DNA of 64,000 nt from Podarcis filfolensis (taxonomy: Eukaryota), in NCBI GenBank assembly GCA_964270895.1, contig OZ185440.1. One strand, written 5' to 3'. A model generated the notes under the pieces. That model ran no database searches, had not been told where the DNA came from, and was given only the letters and a program-made list of their open reading frames with translations. Position 1 is the stretch's first letter, and each line of letters begins with the position of its first letter. The translations under genes and the position numbers were made by a program. This document shows, in pieces, positions 52,727 to 63,872 of this stretch.

Positions 52727-53607
52727 CTGAAAGGAAATTGAAAAGGGGTGATATGCCCACATGCCAGTACAAGGAACAGAGTCATATGAAGAAAACAGGA
52801 ATCAGAGGGACCCACAGGTCAGTGGCAGAGCACGTGATCTGCATGAAGTGGGTCATTTGCACGGATTCAGTTGCACTTACAAAAAGACCACACAGCGCAT
52901 GACGGGAATGATATTTCACTACTTGGAGAGCAACTGCCCATCAGAACAGACACAGAATCTGGCCTCGTATTAATGCAGCTCTGTAGATTCTTAATTGCTT
53001 ATCAGCAAATATACTGGGAGCTCCTAGTTAAACCCATTATTCCCATCAGGGATTGTGGTTCTACAGCAGACGTATATGGCAGAAGGCTGATGTCTCTAAA
53101 ACTACAACTCAATACACAGTTGTTCTCAACACAGTGGAGTGGGTCCCTGTCAGGGAGGTGTGTAGAACTTGAAGTGAAGGGGGCAAAGTTTCAGGAGAGG
53201 ACAGTGTCTTGAGGCTGGTGGATACTATAGCCACACACCAACCAAAACATGTGAGTAGTTGAATGCCCCTTAGCAAGAGGATCCTCAATGATTCAGGTTG
53301 GGTTTGTTAAGTCATACTGGGCTGCCCCATTCTGATCTGGGGAAAGCTGTAGCTTTGTTCTAATGGTGTTTCTAATTCTATTCCCCTTTCTAATGGCAGC
53401 TTTGAATTAGACCCCTGGGCTCTGATCCAGTGACTTCTGGTACACAGGAAGGGGCTGCACTTACATGACTGCATGAAATAATATTTACTCATTATGCAGT
53501 GGAATAGGCAGTTGCCGCTGTGAGAGATTAAAGATATCATCCTCCTTTATTCTAAGACCCAAGCTCAAGACATTTTAGAGACACTGAGCTAGCAAAACAG
53601 TGAGTAT

Positions 53608-53622
53608 CCACTAGAGGGTGCT
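53608..53622 (+). promoter_or_regulatory. CTCF-like motif (CCACTAGAGGGTGCT), intronic
   Basis: One C>T change from consensus at the CpG position; motif match only. Confidence 0.45.
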
Positions 53623-53766
53623 CCTATTCCATGTTGAATACAGAAAGCTGGGTTTAAGCTCCCTGCCTTGCTTGGGTAGAGGGGTTCAGCACTTTGTCTC
53701 TGGAAGGCTGGGAATTCTCATGCAGGGCTAGTTCCAAGGGTTTGAGTATACAAGTTTCCGTGTATA

Positions 53767-53902
53767 TAGAATCCTAGAATTGCATAGTTAGAAGGGACCC
53801 TGAGGATCAACTAGTCCAACCCCCTGCAATGCAAGTATACGCAGCGGGGCTCGAACTTGCAACCTTGGCATTATGAGCACCATGCTCCAACCCATTGAGC
53901 TA
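53767..53902 (-). mobile_element. SINE with tRNA-Ile-like head and the same CR1-type tail
   Basis: Minus strand TAGCTCAATGGGTTGGAGCATGGTGCTCATAATGCCAAGGTTGCAAGTTCGAGCCCC resembles tRNA-Ile; tail TGCATTGCAGGGGGTTGGACTAG...ATTCTAGGATTCTA. Confidence 0.8.
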
Positions 53903-54005
53903 GATCATCATCTTATCTATATGCCACTTTTCCGTACTTAAAAAAAACCATGCTCGAGGTGGCTTACAACTTGACAAGGTTTACATAATTACATATGTAA
54001 CTCAC

Positions 54006-54083
54006 GTTGGCTGAAAGCTGGGATGTCAACGTGGCCACTTTCTCCTGGGATGACTCCAACTCACGGCGCAGCTTACGGATTTG
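54006..54083 (-). CDS. NAV1: NAV1 exon 10/27 (QIRKLRRELESSQEKVATLTSQLSAN), coiled coil
   Basis: Acceptor ttgtag, donor AAC|gtgagt; 78 nt. Confidence 0.95.
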
Positions 54084-54211
54084 CTACAATCAGGGAGAAA
54101 GAGAAAGAAAGGGAGGAGTCAGGGAGCAAGATAGACCCTTTTGCTCTCCACCAATGGGTCAAGAGCAAAGCAGCCGTAGGGAGGACAGAGAGAGAGAGAA
54201 TCTTACTGTAC

Positions 54212-54235
54212 CTCAGACTGCATCCTCTCCTCAGC
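54212..54235 (-). CDS. NAV1: NAV1 exon 9/27, 24-nt microexon (AEERMQSE)
   Basis: Acceptor tgccag, donor GAG|gtacag; frame-preserving; peptide identical to recalled human NAV1. Confidence 0.92.
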
Positions 54236-54606
54236 CTGGCAGCACATGGTGGGGCAGAGGAGAGACAGAGAGAGGCAGGCGGTTAGGGCATAAGTAGCAG
54301 AGGCGCACTCACAGGCAAAGGCGAGGAGCCATGCAGAGAAGCCAGCACCTCCGCTGCAATCTTTCCACATGCACCACGCTTCTTGTGGCAACACAACAAC
54401 AGCTTATTTGTGCCACACCTCCCCCCCTCCCCACATGGTTACACACAAAGCCCTGAAAGAACGGCACAGCACCCCATCACTCGAAAAGACTGCAGCAGGG
54501 GAACATCCAGGGTTGGGGGAAGAGAGGGAAGGATGGCCTGCCGGAATTGCAGCACAGAGAAAGCAAAGGGCAGGCCAGGCCCGCTGATGAAGGGAGCACA
54601 GCTTAC

Positions 54607-54659
54607 TGAGGAGTAAGTGGAGGAAGCACTTGACGCCAGGGACAGCACAGATCCGTGAA
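54607..54659 (-). CDS. NAV1: NAV1 exon 8/27 (VHGSVLSLASSASSTYSS)
   Basis: Acceptor ttgcag, donor TCA|gtaagc; 53 nt. Confidence 0.95.
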
Positions 54660-55571
54660 CTGCAATAGACAAGAGAGAAGACACGTGTCATGGGGTCGTC
54701 TCCTGACTGTGGGGCATCAGTGTACATGGGGCAGGGGGAGAACCTAGAGGTCAGGTGTGCACAAAGAAGCGGGACCACAACACCAAGAATCAACGTGAGG
54801 CTCTCTTAACAGTTAACACGAGAAAACTGAGGGATCGGGAGAGTGTTCGGTCCTGGAAGAAACGGGCAAGATTCCTTGCCTGCATGGGTGGATCATCCAT
54901 CCCAGCCATGGCTCAACATTCCTAGAGTAATGTGAAGACATTTTGCTAGCACAGGCGTTCAATGTTTGTTTTCAGCACGAAGACCTACGTTTTAATGCAG
55001 CACATCAGGAACAATAAAAACCCTGAACTTGAAGTAATACCATGCACACAATCAGCAAGGTGGAGACAGTGGCTGGGGGAGCTCCCTGCCGCAACCCAAC
55101 GGAAATCAGTTCTATCACTACCTGAACTAGCCCTTCTATATTGCCATATGTAGCATACTGCTTCATCAGCTATGAGTAATTTTAAAGTCTCTTATACAGA
55201 TGCAATGTGGACACACATCCTAAAAAGGTGTGTGGCTGTCTCTGCCCCATGGCAAGCTAGCACTGGGCGATGGGCAGAGTGCCTGCCTCCCACATCCTGT
55301 TTATGGTGGTGCTGGAAGCGAAGGAGGGAGAAAGCAATGCTTGAAAGGTACCAATCTCACCCACTCACACCTCCCGTCCCCAGGTCTGCCATGTCATCTT
55401 GCTCCCCTGCAAGCAAGAAGCAGCTCCCACAGCTGCGCCAGCCCACCTGCCAAGTACACCTGTGCGCACTTGAGAAGACCTGACGGACAGAATTAGTCGC
55501 GACCGTATCCCTCTCACCATTATTACTGTGGAGGAGACTCTTGTCCTCCTGGCTGGGTGCAGGACTCTCAC

Positions 55572-55742
55572 CATCATCCACAGGGTCGCGAAAGGAGCCC
55601 GAACGGATCATGCCCTTGGGCCGGTCTGCCAGGGAGAGGGTGCTGCCCATGGGGGACGCATTGTACAGCTCGAAGGTGGAGTCGTGGGTGGGGATGCTGT
55701 TGGAGCGGGTGATCCTCGGGGTGTTGGCTGCCGTGGGGGTCA
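55572..55742 (-). CDS. NAV1: NAV1 exon 7/27 (VTPTAANTPRITRSNSIP...SGSFRDPVDD)
   Basis: Acceptor cctgcag, donor G|gtgaga; 171 nt. Confidence 0.95.
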
Positions 55743-55851
55743 CTGCAGGAGAAGGAGGGAGGGGAGGACAAGCTAGTCAGATGGAGCTGCTTGAAGCAGG
55801 AATGGGGGTGTAGGAACAGAGGGCTCACTAGACTCATGGGTGGCAGCCAGG

Positions 55852-55855
<4 letters not shown>

Positions 55856-55909
<54 letters not shown>
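55856..55909. repeat. (AG)n microsatellite
   Basis: Direct read. Confidence 0.98.
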
Positions 55910-55912
<3 letters not shown>

Positions 55913-56185
55913 GTAGAATCTTTGAATGTACACCATTCCTTGCACAAACCAATCTGCACCTGTGTAAAATGTAAACACTTGCACCAGGCCACCCCTTAAC
56001 ATCCTCTGATGACATGACCCTGACCTTGGAGTCCGTTTTAGGTGAGCTGGCAGTGCCATCTCAGAAGAAAGAAAATTAAGGGAAAGGATCTCAGAAAGTA
56101 TAGATCAGCATCAGCTTCAACTGGTTAAGAACACCTGTCTCCAAAAGTTCCCCCTGCAGGAAAACAGAAGGCAAGAGAAACTAAC

Positions 56186-56334
56186 CAATATTAGTGAGTG
56201 GTGTCTTTCCAACCAATGGCATGGAGAGAGCAGGAGGGGAAGGCAGATCAGACTGATCATCTGATTCCTGCAATCCTCCAATCGTATGGGAGTGCCGCCT
56301 CTCCTTGGCCTCTTCCTGGGACTGGATTTGATAC
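56186..56334 (-). CDS. NAV1: NAV1 exon 6/27 (YQIQSQEEAKERRHSHTIGGLQESDDQSDLPSPP...LTNI), not in ORF track
   Basis: Acceptor tggcag, weak donor G|gttagt; 149 nt; matches recalled human YQLQSQEETKERRHSHTIGG. Confidence 0.92.
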
Positions 56335-57635
56335 CTGCCAAAATTAAGGGAGAGAGAAGTAGAACAAGGATGACTGGAGGAATTTTGTAGCCATAAAACA
56401 ACTGTGGTGGCTTAGGCTTAACATCACTCATTCTTGGAGTCATAGTAAGCAAAATTCTAAATTTCGCTCAGGAGCACCTAATTGTATAGCAATGGTGATG
56501 CTAAGAAAGTGTGGATTACTCAGTGCTAACAAGGTAATCAGATCTTTCAAAAGCAGATTGCCATCCAAGGTACTCTTTCCAAAGGACATGAGAGAAAATA
56601 GATAAACCAAGGCCACAGCTCTTTGAACATTTAGTTTAGGATTACGGTAAGTCTCATTAAATCTTGGGCCTTACTTCAGAGTAAACCTGTTCAGGCTTGG
56701 ACTTCAGTGCATGCATTCACCCCGTAAGTATTTGAACACAGCTACAAAAAGTCAATGAAAGCCATATAATGGAAGCCATTTATATACTGTCCAATTTATT
56801 ATGCCCTCTAGAACATGGCCAGTTAACAGCAAATGCTACCATACTATAAAGTTCTGCAGAGTATTTCATTCTGGTGAACATCATTTATTAACTGAGGACT
56901 TTAAACAGGATTCACCTAATGAGCCATGCCAGAAGAAGCCCTGTGCAAGGACTTCTGCTTGCTCAACAAGGCTTCCTCTACACTTCTGAAATTGTTTCAT
57001 TTTCGGGGGGGGGGACCCAGAAAAGTGCACAGGGGGAGGAGAGAGAGGATCATTCCATCTGGCAAGTTGAAATGCTTGTGCATACAGAACATTCATCATA
57101 CCGCAATAATAAAGTGCTTTTTTTAAAAAAAGGACACCACAACGGCCATTATAAACAAAAATAAATAATAACTTCAATATTGTTCACAGCAAACGGCTCC
57201 CAGGATAGTTTGTGCTCCACATACAATAGTTGGGAAAGCTGTGCCTAGCCTTCCTATATACAATCTTGCAACAGGACCAAGAAGTGAGAGATGTAACCAG
57301 ATCCCTAGACTGGTTTGCTTTGAACAGAAACAGGGTGGGCTGCTTTTATGAACCACCATGGTTAATTGATTTTCTTTGGGATCTTACTCTGTAGCATGTA
57401 GAATATTAAGTACCCTGTTTAAGAGGATGATAAACAGCATGCTCAAAATAGCATATAGTGTTGGTTTGCGAGGAACATCGATATTTCTTCAACTGGTCAT
57501 CTTGTGTTAGCATGACCACAGTGAAAAGCAGGTTTCGTCTACTGCAACATCATACTGTATGTCATGCCCACTAATTTCTTTGACCATCAGTTGATAGCAA
57601 CAGGAAAGTGAGGGGTGGCATAGAAGGACGATTAC

Positions 57636-57677
57636 CTTAGTCCCTTCTTGGGCAATGTATTCCGATCACGGTTAGAG
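57636..57677 (-). CDS. NAV1: NAV1 exon 5/27 (SSNRDRNTLPKKGLR), not in ORF track
   Basis: Acceptor cctgcag, donor AG|gtaatc; 42 nt, phase 2-2; RDRNTLPKKGLR is a conserved navigator-family motif. Confidence 0.93.
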
Positions 57678-58060
57678 CTGCAGGAGGGGAAGCAAGCACA
57701 ACAGTATTTGTTAATCATTTGCTGGAGTCCAGCTGTAGCATCTGATGGGTGGTAAACTGGTTTATGAAGTTTTGGGAATGCAGAGCATTATCTGGCTTAG
57801 TTTAGAAGCATGGAGTTCGCTAGAACTCCACCATGGGCAAGAACAACGAACTGCAACATTATGCTGGAGTTTGAATAAAGCTTTTCAACTGCACTGCAAT
57901 TCTACTTTCACTTCCCCAACAGCCTTCCTTGTTGCTCTGCAATACTTTTAACTGCAGGGAACAGGAATTGCTTCACAGAGAACCATGTTTCCAAAAAAGC
58001 CCCGTCCCCTTTAGCCTGGGGATCATGCCATCAAACAAAAGCTACCCCACTTTCTTCTAC

Positions 58061-58516
58061 CTGTCCAGGTGTGTGATCCTGGGGCTCCCCGTCCAGGACA
58101 TCTCACTGGGTTCCTCCTCAGCAGCCACAGTGGGAGGGGTGGGAGCAGTGGTGGGAGCAGTTGTATTGCCTGCAGAGAAGGGGCTGTGCAGGCTCATAGG
58201 CATCTGCAAGGACTCCATGCTCCTGTGCAACCCTGAGAGCTTGGGGTACATGCGGGATTCCTTGGGGATGCTGAAGCCTCCCATGAGCTCCAGGCCCTGG
58301 GAGAAGCTAGCAGAGTTTATGTTAAGGACCGGAGCAGGGCTTGGCGTGAAGCACGATGTGAGGTGGGGGCCCACATTTGCTGCAGCTGGATGGGGCTCGT
58401 GCAGTTTGCCACCGTGCATCTGGTGTTCGCTGGAGGGAGGGAGGTCCAGACTGTTGGAGTTCACCTTGTCCAGGTTGGCCAGAGAAGGAGCTTTCACGTA
58501 GCTTTTGGCAGCTGAC
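58061..58516 (-). CDS. NAV1: NAV1 exon 4/27 (SAAKSYVKAPSLANLDK...SPRITHLD)
   Basis: Acceptor ttcag, donor AG|gtagaa; 456 nt. Confidence 0.95.
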
Positions 58517-59155
58517 CTGAAGGAAAGCAACATGGTGTTAGAAGGCGACTGTGGGCAAAGACTTGGAGCTTTGCATGGCTCTTATCATACCTTTTATTTA
58601 TTTGTTTAACAAATTTCTTAACACAGCAATAGTCCTGCTAGGAAACACCCACAATTGTCAGGCTATGGGGAATCGGATCCCTCCCCCGGTGGCAGTAAAT
58701 AAGCAGATCAAACAAAAGGAGTGTTCTTACCAGTTAAGTTCTCTAATAATCACAGTGAGACACAAAGGAATACATATCTCTCTAAAAATGGTGTTGCTCC
58801 CAGTAAAGGTTCACCCCCTCCGTCACCATTAATCTATGTCACGCCAACGTCAGGTAATCTGAGCTTGTTGTCGTTGTGCTTTCTGTTCTATCTCTTTCCA
58901 AGCCCGTCTAGTCTTAGTCAAAGGGGGGTCATGAATGCTGTCCAAGGACACTGAATATGTCAGTTGTCTCTCTCCTGGTGTTTCCTCTTCTAGCTGCTCC
59001 TCACCCAGTTTTCCCCAGCTTTCCCCCTCTGGACTATGCCCCTCTGTAAACCACTGTTCTAAATCAATACTGTCCTCCTGCCCTTGGGAAGGTTCAGAAA
59101 AAGGGGGAGCGGTTCCCACCATTCCTCCTCAGTCCAGTCCCTGACAACAATTCTT

Positions 59156-59337
59156 TTTTCTCCCAATTATATTTTATTAAGTTTCAACATTTTCAACATA
59201 TACAATCGAAACACAATTTTGTCTTTTCTCTTATTTTTGTCGACTTCCCACTCTGTTTTCCATGGAGTTGTTTCTCCCCTTCTGCTGCACCCTATCTTCT
59301 ACCTGTTAAATCATAATCACAATATTATAATCAACAC
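59156..59337 (-). mobile_element. 5'-truncated L1-like 3' fragment with target-site duplication
   Basis: Flanked by 11-bp direct repeat CAACAATTCTT (59145-59155 and 59338-59348); A-tail and AATAAA (59178-59173) on the minus strand. Family assignment is from composition. Confidence 0.6.
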
Positions 59338-59353
59338 CAACAATTCTTCTTAC

Positions 59354-60044
59354 CTGAGTGGAGTTGGTGGCAACTCAGCCACTTTAGCAGAAGTCTGGTG
59401 CCCACCTTGAGCCTTCGGGGTGCTTTCAGGGGAGCCGATACTCTTGAGTGAGACGCAGTCAGAGTCCAGGGCCACAGCTTTGGCTTTAGCTTTCTCCTTC
59501 TCCCTGTCCGTCTGATTCACTGGCACTGGGGTGCTCCGGCCTGTGCCGATCTTAGAGGGCTCTTTCAGCCGCGAGACACTGATGCTCCCTTTTGTGCTGA
59601 GCAGGCTGGGGTCAATGCTGCTGCTCACTGGCCGTGGCCCACTGCGCCCACCAGTCACGCTCATGGAACTAGATTTGGCAGGGCGTGGCAGGCTCCGGTA
59701 CTGGATGTTGGTGCGGGCCCCTGGGGCCATGAAGCCAGGCTCCCCAGCATTAGAGACATCCAAGCTTGTTTTCCTTCCATTGACTGGCTTGACTGGGATG
59801 CTAGAGGTCTTCTGGATCTTACCAAGGGTGGCCGAGCCACCAGCTTGCATCACCGTGGCAGTGCCAGTTGCAGGAGGTGGCTTCTTGTAGCCAAAAGAGC
59901 CGGAAGTTGTGGTCCGGGTCAGCCCAGAAGGAGGCTTCTTGGCATCTGAAATCCGATCTCGGCCAGCATCAGACGATGAGCGCTGCAGGCTAGCATTCTT
60001 CACAGAAAGCTTGTTCTTGTCTGTTGCTTTTGCTTCAGGTTTAC
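59354..60044 (-). CDS. NAV1: NAV1 exon 3/27 (GKPEAK...SSIP SxIP-type motif...PPTPLR)
   Basis: Acceptor ctgcag, donor AG|gtaaga; 691 nt; Ser/Pro/basic low-complexity region. Confidence 0.96.
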
Positions 60045-60440
60045 CTGCAGGAGAAATAAGTTTGAAGAAAAGGCATTTGTGCACGCAGCTTCTTAGGTGA
60101 CCAAAAGAAACTTATCAAAAAGGTACTTAATCAGGACAGCCAGTCCCTGTACCAAAATGAGCACAATGTCAGGGCACATGTCAGTACAACCATCTCCCAA
60201 GCTAAATTGTACTGATTTTGTTTCAGGGAACATGATCAAAGACTTTACTGAGATGAGATGCAGCCCTAGGATGTAACGAGTACATTCCAGGCTCCCTTCT
60301 CTCTCTGTGGCCTACAGTTAGTCATGCACCTTTGACTGCACTCTCAAGATGAATGGGAAGCAAACAGGCAGGGAAGTGGAGGTTGCAGCCACAAACCTGC
60401 CTAGCTAACACTAGGGCTCCACTTCCTGTTCCAACCTCAC

Positions 60441-60738
60441 CTGCCACTTTGAGGGTCTGGGCTGTGTGGGTGATGGGAGAGGTCACTGCCACAGGGGGAG
60501 TCTTGCCCTTCTTCAAGGAGCCCGGTGGGCCCAAACTGACTGGCTTTTTCAGATCTCCGCCTTTGGCAGGAGCCTCGTCACAGCTTTCCGAGCGCTCCCG
60601 TCGCCATTTGGAAGAGCTGTGCTCCATTTTCAGACTCCCGCTGTCATAGTCCATCTTCTTCTGAGCCTTCTCTTCTGGCTCTCCGTACCAGTTCAGCCCA
60701 CTCTCTGCCAGTGAGCGCTTCTCAGAGTCCGTGCGCAG
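60441..60738 (-). CDS. NAV1: NAV1 exon 2/27 (LRTDSEKRSLAESG...TAQTLKVA)
   Basis: Acceptor ttacag, donor G|gtgagg; 298 nt. Confidence 0.95.
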
Positions 60739-60839
60739 CTGTAAGGCAAGCAGCAGAGAGGATTCTGTTAGCCAGTACCTTAACCTTGCCACCCAAAATA
60801 CTCCCCCAACCTCCTGTGTGCACATGGGAAGCTGCCTCA

Positions 60840-61035
60840 AACCAGGCCTGGCTATTTCTCTATCTGGCCCAGAACGGTCTGTTCTGTTTGGTGGAAGTTC
60901 TACAGGGTCTCAGGGGAAAGTCCTTTGCATCTTCTGCTACCTGGGTATTTTCTTTTTTAGTGGAGCTGGCAGCAACTGAACCAGGGACCTTCCGAAATGC
61001 ATAGAATATGCTCTACCATAGATTTATAGACCTCC
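60840..61035 (-). mobile_element. tRNA-Ala-like SINE remnant (related copies ~12315-12487 and 33540-33642, both minus)
   Basis: Minus strand GGTAGAGCAT...TGCAT...GAAGGTCCC.GGTTCA head; approximate ends. Confidence 0.55.
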
Positions 61036-61353
61036 CCTCATCATAGCCCCCCCAACTACACCAGCTTAAAAAATGGGATGAAAAAAACAGTCCTTCAGTT
61101 CCAAAGGCACTGGTCGCTCCTGCATCTGCAGGCAGAAAAGGGGATGGGCATTCAGTGCTTTGGGGGCTGTGGCTTCCCCCCTCATAATATAAGGAGAAAC
61201 TCAATGGCAGAAGTATTCATCTTTCCCCTGAGAACACTTTTAAGGAGAAAGACAGCACAGGGCTTCATGCAATTTCTTTCTCCGGTACCAAAACTGCAGC
61301 AGCAACAGCAGAATGAAAACATGACAGATTCTCTGGGTGCCTGTCCTACCTAC

Positions 61354-61492
61354 CGCTATGGCGGAGTTCCTGCGAGAAGCCGTGGGGGTGGAAGGCAGGG
61401 AATTGAGCGAGGAGCTGGCATTGAACTCTTCTGAGCTGAGATTGTCAGAGGCATCGCTGAGGCCGCTGCTGATGGAGCTACTCTCATCCCAG
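61354..61492 (-). CDS. NAV1: NAV1 coding exon 1/27 in window ((S)WDESSSISSGLSD...RRNSAIA)
   Basis: Acceptor tttcag, donor GCG|gtaggt; 139 nt; phase 2 to 0. Confidence 0.93.
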
Positions 61493-61874
61493 CTGAAACA
61501 GACAGGAGGCAACAATGGTTAATAATAATCCATAAAAAGTTTAAAATCCAAGTAAATATCCACACAGTAGCAGTCAAATCTTATGCAATATTGCCAGCTC
61601 AAAGAAAATGCTTTGTTTGTTTATTTAAATATTTATCTACCACACTTGAATAAAAAATACAGCAAGACAGTATTGATGACTACCTGAGAGAGAACACTTT
61701 CGATACACACTTTGTCACAGATTTATTGCTCCCTAGCACCCTAATAATCCTTTCTTACAACCAAGTTGGTCAAAGTGTGGTTAAAGGATGGGTTTTTGCC
61801 ATATTTTCAGTGCATACTTATAACTGAAACAAGGATCTTTTAATTTCCACATCCCTCCTCCCCACCCCAGCTAC

Positions 61875-61897
61875 TGTGTGTGTGTGTGTGTGTGTGA

Positions 61898-61931
<34 letters not shown>
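61875..61931. repeat. (TG)n(AG)n compound microsatellite
   Basis: Direct read. Confidence 0.97.
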
Positions 61932-61932
<1 letters not shown>

Positions 61933-63733
61933 CACGCGTGTGTGTAGTACAAACTCAATCTTAGCTGCTAGGACTACGCTTGCTTGTAAACAAAAGCTCA
62001 GGCTAGTTTACTCTTGTCATAAGTGGATTGTCACTTCAGAATACAATATTCATATACATTAACATACATTGGAAAAACCAATCCAAAAATCAGTGTGTAT
62101 TTTGCAAAGTGCTCAGATGCAGAAACTGAGGTTTTCAGCTCAGCTGCATCTTGGAACAAGATAGAGCTGGAAAAGAGTGTTGGTCATAAACAGTCGGACC
62201 TTGGGGCATCCCAGAAGGAGACTCGGGGTCATAGTAAGAATGAGGAATGCTTGCCAACCCTCTCACATGGGACAGGGGTCCAGGAACACCATGGACAGGA
62301 AGAAGCTTCTTTCCTATGTGGAGGGTCTGTGAGGAGCAGGTGCATGGGGGAAGGAGGAAGAACACTGGATATTTTTTTATTAAAAAAAAGTAAAATAAAA
62401 TACTTCTTTCATGTCATCTGGCACTTTGCACTCAAGAATAAATAGTGTAGACCATTTCAAATAATGGTAGAACCATGTCTGATAGGCAGTTCCAGTGTTT
62501 AAGAATTTCCTTAGGGGGATCCTTTGTACAAAGGTACCATAAGCAACAATGGTTGCCAAGCAAGGGACCTTATTTAGCATGGCAATTTGGAAGTAATCAA
62601 ATTATCTTATCACTACAGAAGACTTTGCAGCCCTACTAATCAGTTCTACATGAACAATTGTCACTTTGCTCAATAATTTCATAAAATTATCCAGTTTTCC
62701 TTCTTTATTCCAGCTTTGCTGCTAGCACGTAGCTGGATGAGCAGCTTGCCAGACAAACCGTGTAAGCTACCCAGTATATATTTGTGAGCAGCACTTGTAC
62801 AAATTTGTTGCAAGCTACTAAATGTTTTGCACATACTAGTTGCTTCACTTTGAACCCAGTAGCTGAAGCTTTCTAGAAGATGGAGATTATTTTTATTTTT
62901 AGCAAGGAGTAATCTGGTAGAAATTGAAAGGTGGGGTTAAGTGACAGACAGTAACAGAACCAGAATGTGCTATAACTGGAACCATTGGCAGGGAGAAGCA
63001 GCCACATAGGGCACAAAAGTTCAGTGCCTTCACCAACATGGAACATTTTTGTAGATCTTGCTTGGATGCATTCTAACACATGACAATCATGAGGACTAGA
63101 ACACTGTTTATAATGAAAGTATTTTTGAGAATACTTGCCACATATGAGATTTTGCATCAGATGCAGAAACCCCAAAATGTGAATAGTCCAGGTGATCTAC
63201 TAAGTGACCCCTAGTCTGTTGTCAGTCCTCTTATAAATGCCCAAATGAGCTCTCATTAAAACAGGATCTGTGTTAGCTGCAGCTAATTCAGCAGCCAGCG
63301 GAAAAGGGTCTAGTTAAAAATGTCCAAAATGCCTTCCTTTGTACTGCAGAGGATGCTATTGAGAGCAGAACAACATCTCAGAGCAAGTTAGCAGCCCTGC
63401 GTATATTGCACCTGATTACTTTACACGTCTAGCACCAGCCAAGGAGCTAGGAAAAAGAGAGAGCAAAGTCTTTCCCCAAGATAGGTGTTGAAGCAGGAGA
63501 CTGGCAGATGCTAATCCAGGCATTACCGAATGTCTACACTGTGACATTTATTGTGAGCTGCTGCCAATGTCAGCCAACAGCCAGGCTGTAAAGTGCACCA
63601 CAGGGAGATCATTTAAGAAAGCAGAAGGGATTGGCTTGGTTTTGAATGGCACAGTTACTATCAGTCCTTAGCACCTGCTGGTATGGAGAACTTCTAGAGA
63701 GAAGGTGGGCTTGTTGTTCTGTTTGTTATTCGC

Positions 63734-63872
63734 TCTGAGATGGTTCAGTTGGTAGAGCATGAGACTCTTAATCTCAGGGTCATAGGTTTGAGCCCCATGT
63801 TGGGCAAAATATTCCTGCATTGCTGGAGGTTGGACTAGATGGTCCTCATGGTCCCAATGCTGTAATTCTATG
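63734..63872 (+). mobile_element. SINE with tRNA-Lys(CTT) head and CR1-type 3' tail
   Basis: TGAGA-CT-CTT-AA-TCTCA anticodon arm followed by CTGCATTGC..GGTTGGACTAGATG..GGTCCC..ATTCTATG tail. Confidence 0.85.

Larger units (their letters stand above)
33136..61492 (-). other. NAV1: NAV1 gene body, 5'-partial (27 coding exons in window; 5' exon(s) lie beyond 64000)
   Basis: Spliced translation matches recalled vertebrate NAV1 from SWDESSSISSGLSDASDNLSSEEF to MAMLLKLQEAANYIESPDRETLDPNVQSTL*. All 26 internal introns are GT-AG and phases are consistent. Exon lengths sum to 4384 nt. Confidence 0.97.

Noticed and set aside
57929-60714. Long plus-strand ORFs (57929-58501, 59531-59890, 60353-60649 and others)
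   Set aside because: Antisense shadows of NAV1 exons 2-4.
63734-63806. Possible tRNA-Lys(CTT) gene
   Set aside because: Acceptor stem and B box are degraded, there is no T-run terminator, and it continues into a CR1-type tail, so it is a SINE head.
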